This document shows positions 56,931 to 64,000 of a DNA stretch of 64,000 nucleotides, piece by piece. Made by a program: the position numbers and the translations under genes. Source of the stretch: Patescibacteria group bacterium (lineage in GTDB: Bacteria; Patescibacteriota; Minisyncoccia; UBA6257; GWB1-50-10); contig JANBVK010000001.1 in assembly GCA_024239035.1 (NCBI GenBank), forward strand, positions 235,010 to 299,009, written 5' to 3'. The notes beneath the pieces were generated by a model, which worked only from the letters and a program-made list of their open reading frames with translations, searched no databases and had not been told where the DNA came from. The number at the start of each line of letters is the position of its first letter. Position 1 is the stretch's first letter.

Positions 56931-58425
56931 AAAAGCGCTAATCTTCTTACCACTCCTCGTTCTTACTATTGGCGGTTCCATTACTTACCGTGAGCTCCGA
57001 GTATCGGACACAGAGCCCGCACGGATGGCGAGCGAATACGTCGTAGAACTTCACGAAGACGGTTTCCACCCAGAGAAAATTACCATCCAGAAAGGTGCGG
57101 TGGTGACTTTCATAACCACAAGAAACAAAGATTTCTGGCCAGCATCAAACCTCCATCCCACCCACATTATCTACAGAGAGTTCGATCCCAAAAAAGCAAT
57201 CGCGCCTGACAATTCCTGGAACTTCACGTTTAATAAAACCGGTGAGTGGAGATATCACGACCACACTGCCCCCTATTTTACAGGAACAATAATTGTCGAA
57301 GAGCACGACCACGACAAAACCCACGTTCATCATCTCGACACCGCAGAAAACATTGATTGCAGTAAATTGGATGCTCTCAACGACTACGAGAAAGAAAAAT
57401 GCTGGGATAAAGTCCTGGGCGAGGCGCTCAGGGAAAAAGGGGTAGAAGGATCTCTCGAGGCGTTTAGACAACTCTACACCACCCAACCTAATTTTGCCCA
57501 AAGTGGATGTCACTGGTATGCGCACCGTATCGGTGAAGAAGCCTACGGATACTATAGAGGCGGCGAAGATCTCGATCTTCCGCAAGAAGTGAGCTACTGC
57601 GGCTATGGTTTTGTACACGGTTTCTTAGAGCACGGTTTCAGGGAAGAAAGAAATCCAACCGAGGCAAAGAGGCTGTGCAACTACCTCGACACCCAACTAT
57701 CAGATATCCTCCCAAGAATTCGATTAAATTGTTTCCACGCAATAGGTCACGGGTTCATAGATGATCCACCAAATCCAAGAATATGGGGAAATTCTCAAGC
57801 TATAATAGGGCCGGCGCTAAAAATCTGTGAAAGCGTTTCCGACGTACCAATCGAAGTCAAAGAATGTTTTGATGGGGCATACAACACTCTAGTAATCTTT
57901 ATGCAAACGAACCAGTATGGGTTGTCATTCGATAAAAAAGATCCACTCGGTTTCTGTCATAATGAACCTGACCGTTACCAACTCTCATGTTATTATGAGT
58001 TTGCCCAAGTGCTCGACTCCGCAGGTGACCGGGATCTCGCGACAATTGCAAAATTCGTTGAAGGCATTCCCGAAGATACGCTTGCAGGTATGATTATCAA
58101 CACCGCAGCTGCAGGTGTGGTGCAGGGAGATATCACAAACGATGACTTCACAAACTATATCCTTGAGTGCCGAAAAACAGGAGAACGCCTGCGCCTGCAG
58201 TGCATACGAGGCGTAGTAGGGGGACTTCTCGCCCACGGTGAACCGGGAAAAGAGTACATCAAAGCTCTGAAGTTATGTGATGCCGGTCTACTCCTTGAAG
58301 ACGAGCACAAAGCGTGCTTCCATAACACTCTAAATGGAATCAAGACTATCTATCCCCGCGAGAAAGTAGAACAAATTTGCAAAACAATTGATGAGAAATA
58401 CCAAAGCTACTGCACCTATCAATAA
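56923..58425 (+). CDS. Secreted cupredoxin-like domain plus Cys/His-rich repeat protein, paralog A1 (500 aa)
   Basis: N-terminal domain VVELHEDGFHPEKITIQKGAVVTFITTRNKDFWPASNLHPTH...GEWRYHDHTAPYFTGTIIV, then the shared Cys/His repeat region (NCFHAIGHGF). Confidence 0.7.
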   Translation: MGKKALIFLPLLVLTIGGSITYRELRVSDTEPARMASEYVVELHEDGFHPEKITIQKGAVVTFITTRNKDFWPASNLHPTHIIYREFDPKKAIAPDNSWNFTFNKTGEWRYHDHTAPYFTGTIIVEEHDHDKTHVHHLDTAENIDCSKLDALNDYEKEKCWDKVLGEALREKGVEGSLEAFRQLYTTQPNFAQSGCHWYAHRIGEEAYGYYRGGEDLDLPQEVSYCGYGFVHGFLEHGFREERNPTEAKRLCNYLDTQLSDILPRIRLNCFHAIGHGFIDDPPNPRIWGNSQAIIGPALKICESVSDVPIEVKECFDGAYNTLVIFMQTNQYGLSFDKKDPLGFCHNEPDRYQLSCYYEFAQVLDSAGDRDLATIAKFVEGIPEDTLAGMIINTAAAGVVQGDITNDDFTNYILECRKTGERLRLQCIRGVVGGLLAHGEPGKEYIKALKLCDAGLLLEDEHKACFHNTLNGIKTIYPREKVEQICKTIDEKYQSYCTYQ

Positions 58426-58428
58426 AAA

Positions 58429-59904
58429 ATGAGCAACCAGACAAAAAGGCTATCCCTATTTATTTTGATCGTACTCGTTGCAAGCGCTGTTGGTTTCCTG
58501 CTCTATAAAAGAGCACAACTCGGTGCAAGTCTCCTTCCTGCCGCAGGATCAGAACACGTCGTCGAGCTTCGAGAAGACGGATTTCATCCCGAAGAACTTA
58601 CCATACATAAAGGGGATACCGTCACCTTCGTTACCAAAAACAGTAATTATTTCTGGCCTGCCTCCAATCTCCACCCCACCCACACTATTTACCCCGAATT
58701 CGATCCGGAGGAACCAATTGCGCCCGACGAACGCTGGGGTTTTCGTTTTAAAAAACCGGGAGAATGGAAATATCACGACCATCTCGCTCCCTACTTCACG
58801 GGAAAAATAACGGTTATAGATGGCTCTCAAGCGCGTGCCGCCCAAAGTAAATGCAAAGACGACAAAAACTCGTTCGAGTGCTGGCAAGAAATTCTCCTCA
58901 CCACGCTCGATAAAAAGGGGGTTGAGGCAACCTTCGACCGCTTGGCCGAACTCTATGTAAGTGAATCTTATTTTCCACTAGCCTGCCACTATCTTACTCA
59001 TAATATCGGTATTGCTGCTTATAAACACTACCTCAAAGACAAAGATTCGGTCTTAACCCCAAAGGCTGCGTACTGCGCAAACGGTTTCTACCACGGATTT
59101 ATGGAAGCGTTCCTTACCGTAACGAAAGATCCCGAAAAAGCAAAAGCATTTTGCATATACGTGGATAGTAAGCTTACCAAAGACGCACCGGATGCGGCGC
59201 TTCAGTGCTATCACGGGGTCGGCCACGGCGCAATTGAAACGACGCTTGCGAGGTGGACAAGACCCGACGGGGGGGAAGATGAGATGGTGAAACCCGCGCT
59301 CGAGATATGCGAGGCTATCTCTGATGCACCGGAAGAACTCTACCGCTGCACTTCAGGCGTGTTCAACACCATTGCAAATTTCTACACCAGCGGTGGGTTT
59401 GGACTCACCGCGAATATGGAAAATCCTCTTTGGCTCTGCGATAAACAACCCGACGAGTACAAACTAAGCTGCTATGGCAACATGAACACAGTACTTCGAT
59501 GGATCGCCGGAGAGGATTTTCAAAAAGCTGCCCGGTTTATCGAGCAAATCCCCGACAGAGCATATACTGCCCCTGCCCTACGCTACCTTGCAAACATGTA
59601 CACACTGTTTCTTGCTCGAGGTAACTACACGGGGGCGGTAGAGAACTGCCGCGCGCTTGATAAGTCGTTGCATGTCTCTTGTATTGAGGGATTCGCGCAC
59701 GGATTCCTTGAGCAGGGAGTGCCGGGAGAAGAGTACATCGAAGCATTCGCGTTCTGTAGAGCAGATGCGCTCTCTGAAGAAGAGCGTGAGATATGCTTCA
59801 AGTATGCATTAAATCTTGATGGTTGGTATGATAAAGAGAAAGTAAAAGAAATTTGCAAAACAGTGGAGGAGGACTACAGACAATATTGCATCATTAAAAA
59901 GTGA
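58429..59904 (+). CDS. Secreted cupredoxin-like domain plus Cys/His-rich repeat protein, paralog A2 (491 aa)
   Basis: VVELREDGFHPEELTIHKGDTVTFVTKNSNYFWPASNLHPTH...GEWKYHDHLAPYFTGKITV; QCYHGVGHGA. Confidence 0.7.
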   Translation: MSNQTKRLSLFILIVLVASAVGFLLYKRAQLGASLLPAAGSEHVVELREDGFHPEELTIHKGDTVTFVTKNSNYFWPASNLHPTHTIYPEFDPEEPIAPDERWGFRFKKPGEWKYHDHLAPYFTGKITVIDGSQARAAQSKCKDDKNSFECWQEILLTTLDKKGVEATFDRLAELYVSESYFPLACHYLTHNIGIAAYKHYLKDKDSVLTPKAAYCANGFYHGFMEAFLTVTKDPEKAKAFCIYVDSKLTKDAPDAALQCYHGVGHGAIETTLARWTRPDGGEDEMVKPALEICEAISDAPEELYRCTSGVFNTIANFYTSGGFGLTANMENPLWLCDKQPDEYKLSCYGNMNTVLRWIAGEDFQKAARFIEQIPDRAYTAPALRYLANMYTLFLARGNYTGAVENCRALDKSLHVSCIEGFAHGFLEQGVPGEEYIEAFAFCRADALSEEEREICFKYALNLDGWYDKEKVKEICKTVEEDYRQYCIIKK

Positions 59905-61196
59905 TTAAATTCCATAAACATTTTCGTTTCTTCCTCGCCGTTACCCTTATTTTAGGTGCGGGAATGCTATTTCTTGCCTTTTTTAATCAACACCCCAAGG
60001 AAATATTAGCGTCTCTTTTCACAAGTAACAAAACCGTATCGCTTGAAGAACATGCCGACCGAATGATAGAAAAATGTAAAAAGGCTGGTTCAAACCAGCG
60101 GTGCTACGACGAGGAAATCCCCCACCTAATGGATTTCATCTCGATGAAGGAAGCATTCGAAGTAACAAAAATTATCCAAGAAAAAGATCCTACGTATTGG
60201 TTCTGCCATGAGCTCGGGCACAACTTGAGTGAAAAAGAGTATGCGAAAGATCCGGCAAAGTGGAAAGATGTGGTAACAAGCTGCCCGGTGGGGATGTGCT
60301 CAAACGGATGTGTCCACGGCGCAATCCAAAGGCATTTCATTGCAGCATCACTCGACAACACCCAGCTACAAGAATTACTGCCTGTCGTAGAGAGCTTGTG
60401 CGAGAGACGAACGAATTGGAACCCAACTCCGCTCGAGCAGGCAAGTTGCTACCACGAACTCGGCCACCTCTCGCACTACCTCACCGATACCAACATTCCC
60501 AAATCGAAGGAGCTGTGCGACACGATCGCATTAAAAGAAGACGGGAGAAATTACCTGCAAACATGCTACGAAGGGATGTTTATGCAGTTATTTGAACCTC
60601 GTGAGCCAGAGGACTTCGCCCTGATTTATAATATTGTCCCCTATAAGGAAAAATTGGGTGTGTGCGAACAGTACACAAGCGGGGTAGAAAAAGGAGCGTG
60701 CTGGAAGATAGGGTGGTTAGGAAAAGAAAAAGAGTTTTGCAACCAATTTACTGGAGAAATTCGCGGCGCATGCTTCCGTGAGGCATGGGTAATACAGGAC
60801 GAGAAGATAGAAACTCCCGAAGGGATCGTAGAGTATTGTAACTACTCCGATGATCCAACAGAGAAAAGAAAATGCTACAACAAGCTCTACTATTCCCTAA
60901 TGGCGAAGTTCGAATTTGATGAGGAACGGATGAAACCAATATGCATGGGGTTACCTCGTGCGCTGCAGGGTCAGTGCTTTGCAAACACGGCCTCCCGAAT
61001 GATCGAAACTGATAAACGCTTGGTTGAGAAAGCGCTTTCTATGTGCGCGTTTGCCGCAACACTCGGTGTAGAGCGCGAATGCTACGGAGAACTCGCTCAT
61101 TACGCTACATTTGCCCTCCATGCTCAATCGGACGAATCCCTCAGTTTGTGCAACAGTCTCCCCGAACCATGGAGCACAAGTTGTTTATCTCGTTAG
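59901..61196 (+). CDS. Secreted Cys/His-rich repeat protein, paralog C2 (431 aa), HExxH-like CHELGHNLS
   Basis: Close paralog of 50479-51690; ATGA overlap with the upstream gene. Confidence 0.7.
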   Translation: MIKFHKHFRFFLAVTLILGAGMLFLAFFNQHPKEILASLFTSNKTVSLEEHADRMIEKCKKAGSNQRCYDEEIPHLMDFISMKEAFEVTKIIQEKDPTYWFCHELGHNLSEKEYAKDPAKWKDVVTSCPVGMCSNGCVHGAIQRHFIAASLDNTQLQELLPVVESLCERRTNWNPTPLEQASCYHELGHLSHYLTDTNIPKSKELCDTIALKEDGRNYLQTCYEGMFMQLFEPREPEDFALIYNIVPYKEKLGVCEQYTSGVEKGACWKIGWLGKEKEFCNQFTGEIRGACFREAWVIQDEKIETPEGIVEYCNYSDDPTEKRKCYNKLYYSLMAKFEFDEERMKPICMGLPRALQGQCFANTASRMIETDKRLVEKALSMCAFAATLGVERECYGELAHYATFALHAQSDESLSLCNSLPEPWSTSCLSR

Positions 61197-61233
61197 AAAT
61201 TAAGCAGTTCGTCAAAGTATAATAATCACAACA

Positions 61234-62724
61234 ATGAGAAAAAAAGCAATTACTCTTCTGGTTACGTTCGTGCTCCTCATCACTGGTACACTCATCTATC
61301 GAACTAATCAACTACCAGCTCAGCTTGTCAGGGATGGGGGAAACACCCCACAGACAATATCCGGAAAAGAACACATAATTGAGCTTCGTGAGGGGGGCCT
61401 GTCCCCAGAAGAGATTACCGTACAGAAAGGCGACACAATAATCTTTGCAAACGCTAGCGACGAGCCGTTCTGGCCCGCGAGTGACCCACATCCTACACAT
61501 CAATTCCTATCCGGGTTTGACCAAGGACATGCGATAGACAGCGGCTCCAGTTGGAATTACACATTTTATGAACCAGGAATATGGTACTACCATGACCACC
61601 TCAACTTAACTCTGAAGGGCAAAATAACAGTTGTAGACAGTAGCAACTTAGAAAAACCCACTGGCGAACTCGACTGCGAGTACGGCAGCGAAAACGAAAA
61701 AGCACGGTGTTTTGACGAACGGATAAAAACCGCAGTAAAGGTTGAGGGGGTTGGTGCTGCATTTAAGCTCTTCGCCAAACTTTACGAGAGCGGGTCAGCT
61801 CCCGAGAGCTGCCACTGGACCGGACACCTGATCGGAGAAGAAGCTTACCACGAATATAAGCAAGGAAAAGACGTGCCCGTAACTTCTGAGGCTAACTATT
61901 GCGGCTATGCATTCTACCATGGTTTCTTGGAAACCCTCTTGAGAGACAATCCGGACATCGAATGGGCTCGTTCATTCTGTAAGTATGTGCTCGAAAAAGT
62001 CGGGCCCGATGCACAAGATAACTGTTTCCATGGGATTGGACACGGATTCACTGAAGACCCACCCGACCCTCGCCTTCATGGAAATGCCAGAGGCTATCTC
62101 AAGCCTGGGTTAGAGGTCTGTGAATATCTCTACGGGGATACAGAAAATAAGTGGGAGATATGCGCAACGGGTGTCTACACTGTCCTTGCTGGGTTTATGT
62201 GGGATGGAAAGTATGAGTTCTCGCTTGATCCTAAAGATCCTTTCGCGTTCTGCCGCGCGCAACCGGAACGCTACCACATCGCGTGCTACGGGGAGTTTGC
62301 GCCGCGGCTTGACAGTGCAACCAACTGGGACGTATCCAAGCTCCCACAGCACATTAAGAACATTGACAACCCGGATCTAAGAAAATTTGTCGTCAGGGTC
62401 GCAGCAGGAGTGATGATGCAACGAGACATTGCAAAATATGACCTCACAAACTACATCCAAGGTTGTCGGACGTTAAAAGGGAATCTCCCACTCGCATGTC
62501 TCGGAGGCGTTTCGTGGGGATTGGTAATGAGCAGCGAACCAGGGAGAGAACATGTGTATGCGTTGAGGTTCTGCGGGTCAGGGACACTCAATGAAGAGGA
62601 ACGCGGGACATGTTACAGAGAAGCGCTCCTACAACTCAAACGCTCCCTCACACCCGAGAAACTAAAGCCCGTCTGTGAGAGCGTCGATGAAAAGTACAGA
62701 ACGTACTGCATTAAGAATCCATAG
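61234..62724 (+). CDS. Secreted cupredoxin-like domain plus Cys/His-rich repeat protein, paralog A3 (496 aa)
   Basis: IIELREGGLSPEEITVQKGDTIIFANASDEPFWPASDPHPTH...GIWYYHDHLNLTLKGKITV; NCFHGIGHGF. Confidence 0.7.
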   Translation: MRKKAITLLVTFVLLITGTLIYRTNQLPAQLVRDGGNTPQTISGKEHIIELREGGLSPEEITVQKGDTIIFANASDEPFWPASDPHPTHQFLSGFDQGHAIDSGSSWNYTFYEPGIWYYHDHLNLTLKGKITVVDSSNLEKPTGELDCEYGSENEKARCFDERIKTAVKVEGVGAAFKLFAKLYESGSAPESCHWTGHLIGEEAYHEYKQGKDVPVTSEANYCGYAFYHGFLETLLRDNPDIEWARSFCKYVLEKVGPDAQDNCFHGIGHGFTEDPPDPRLHGNARGYLKPGLEVCEYLYGDTENKWEICATGVYTVLAGFMWDGKYEFSLDPKDPFAFCRAQPERYHIACYGEFAPRLDSATNWDVSKLPQHIKNIDNPDLRKFVVRVAAGVMMQRDIAKYDLTNYIQGCRTLKGNLPLACLGGVSWGLVMSSEPGREHVYALRFCGSGTLNEEERGTCYREALLQLKRSLTPEKLKPVCESVDEKYRTYCIKNP

Positions 62725-62749
62725 AATAAAGATATGATATAATTATGCT

Positions 62750-63214
62750 ATGCAGGGTAAGGTTGTGATTACTATTTTCGTGCTATTAGCTGTTGGGGTA
62801 GGATATACCCTCTGGAGAAACGGAACCCCTTCATGGCTCTCCTTTAGTACCTTAAGTGATAAAGAGGCATTATTTATCAGCCTCCCTACAAGCACCTCAA
62901 CACAGGAAGAGGTAAGACGCCACCGTGAACTCGCGGGAAAACTTGCCGAAGACGGCAACGAAATAAATATCGCCGGATGTATACCCGACCCACCCGTGCT
63001 CAGAGTAAAAAGAGGTGATAATATAACTTTTATAAACAACTCTCAGGAAGAAGTTCGCTTGCAAATCGGTAACGTTGGCATCTTTAGTGTTCAACTGGAA
63101 GATACGCTTGTTGAGAGGGCAGAATTCGGTACAACAGGCGAAGCCCTAGTCGCTTATCTGTGCCACAGCGGTGATTCATCAGAGAGAGATTTTGGATTTA
63201 TTTTAATACAATAA
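62750..63214 (+). CDS. Membrane-anchored cupredoxin-like protein (family X, member 2)
   Basis: TM, then IPDPPVLRVKRGDNITFINNSQ...ALVAYLCHSGDSS...FGFILI, a cupredoxin-like beta pattern with Cys-His. Confidence 0.5.
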   Translation: MQGKVVITIFVLLAVGVGYTLWRNGTPSWLSFSTLSDKEALFISLPTSTSTQEEVRRHRELAGKLAEDGNEINIAGCIPDPPVLRVKRGDNITFINNSQEEVRLQIGNVGIFSVQLEDTLVERAEFGTTGEALVAYLCHSGDSSERDFGFILIQ

Positions 63215-63244
63215 AAGAAAGGTCGTTGTGCTATAATAAGACAT

Positions 63245-63739
63245 ATGAAAAACAAACTTACCCTTATTGTTATTCTCTTAATAGTAGCCGTCGTCATAAG
63301 CTATCTCGTTTACAGCTCGGGTGCACCGCAACCAGCAGAACAAGAATCACCCATACAACAGTTAACATTAACAACAGAAGAGAAGAAAGCAATTTTAAAC
63401 TTTCCTGCGGCTGATGCATCGGAAGGAGAACAACAAAGGTACTTTGAACTTGCAGAGAGGCTTGCGCAACAATCCGGGGTCTTGGACGTCACAAACTGCA
63501 ACCTACAGCCATTGGTACTAAACGCAGATTTGAAAAGTGACATAATACTAAAAAACACAAGCGACTACGATATCACGCTAGATATTGAAAACGAAAGCAA
63601 CACCGTCCCCGCAAATCAAGAGGTGGTTATAAAAGTTGACTTCGGCAAGGGAGGAGGACTCTACGGCTACGGATGCAACTCCGCTAATCCAGATGGGAGC
63701 AGCTCTGGTTCCGGGCTTATCCTCGTAGGAGCCGAATAA
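63245..63739 (+). CDS. Membrane-anchored plastocyanin-like protein (family X, member 3), paralog of 47586-48098
   Basis: RYFELAERLAQQSGVLDVTNCNLQPLVL...GLYGYGCNSAN..GSGLILV aligns with RHFELVVQVAKTAEFLDISDCNPSPVVM...GVYGYGCDAS..GMFLV. Confidence 0.6.
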   Translation: MKNKLTLIVILLIVAVVISYLVYSSGAPQPAEQESPIQQLTLTTEEKKAILNFPAADASEGEQQRYFELAERLAQQSGVLDVTNCNLQPLVLNADLKSDIILKNTSDYDITLDIENESNTVPANQEVVIKVDFGKGGGLYGYGCNSANPDGSSSGSGLILVGAE

Positions 63740-63752
63740 GAAAATTGCTCGA

Positions 63753-63792
63753 TATAAAAACCACCCCGACATCACGTCGAGGTGGTTTTTTA
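63753..63792 (+). terminator. Rho-independent terminator ending the plus-strand locus
   Basis: CCACCCCGACatcacGTCGAGGTGG followed by TTTTTT. Confidence 0.7.
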
Positions 63793-63865
63793 TAGGTACA
63801 ATTAAGTTTTACCTGCACTGTTTCGCAGGCGGAGCGAGTCGGATCTATAATAAGACTAAACCTAA

Positions 63866-64000
63866 ATGCATAATCTTTTTCCCACGCTAAAACAAAAACT
63901 CTCTCCGCTCTTTCAAAAAATAAAAGAGTACTATAGCATAGACACGCGGGCACTGGCCGTTTTTCGTATTGGAATTGCCTTAATGATACTTGCTGATCTC
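63866..64000 (+). CDS. N-terminal start of an HTTM-domain-like membrane protein (continues beyond the window)
   Basis: My own reading: MHNLFPTLKQKLSPLFQKIKEYYSIDTRALAVFRIGIALMILADL. The ...DxRxLAxFRIxxGLxxLxD segment is characteristic of the HTTM N-terminus. Confidence 0.4.
   Translation, partial: MHNLFPTLKQKLSPLFQKIKEYYSIDTRALAVFRIGIALMILADL

Noticed and set aside
63717-63953. 78-aa minus-strand ORF at the window end
   Set aside because: It overlaps the terminator and the plus-strand start of the HTTM-like gene, whose N-terminal motif is convincing.

Overview
This 64 kb window looks like a small, low-GC bacterial genome of Candidate Phyla Radiation / Patescibacteria type. That placement is an inference from gene content: type IV pilus genes, a split transketolase, a sugar-phosphate-only carbon metabolism cluster, ribosomal and cell-division proteins with basic extensions, and almost no Shine-Dalgarno sequences. 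All functional calls are by eye from the supplied translations and my own reading of the DNA; nothing was searched against a database.

The window divides into four parts:

- **Core region, 1-18.3 kb.** It begins with a partial pilB/gspE, a membrane protein and a type IV pilin. These are followed by a minus-strand 16S rRNA with no 23S after it, then rpmE, rplY, a short release factor, and a glycolysis/pentose-phosphate cluster (fba, pfkB-family kinase, split tkt, pyrG, rpe, rpiB, gap).
- **Mosaic accessory stretch, about 18.4-34.4 kb.** It starts at a tRNA-like small RNA gene. It carries GC-rich and very AT-rich segments and three dispersed repeat families, including 38-bp palindromes with DnaA-box-like cores. 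It also holds a restriction-modification operon coupled to an ImmA/IrrE-like metallopeptidase, and a repeat-bracketed orphan 573-aa gene.
- **Second core block, 34.4-43.4 kb.** ftsA-ftsZ, ybeY, rpsU, hisS, lepB, pth and a pilM-pilN fusion.
- **Secreted-protein region, 43.5-63.8 kb.** A GC-rich trio of secreted proteins and lipoproteins is followed by the most striking feature of the window, a roughly 16 kb plus-strand locus. It contains seven tandem paralogous secreted Cys/His-rich repeat proteins, three of them fused to an N-terminal cupredoxin-like domain. Small membrane-anchored plastocyanin-like proteins and an ArsR-family regulator flank it. HTTM-like membrane proteins, a carbamoyltransferase, an SGNH hydrolase and a duplicated gene fragment are embedded in it.
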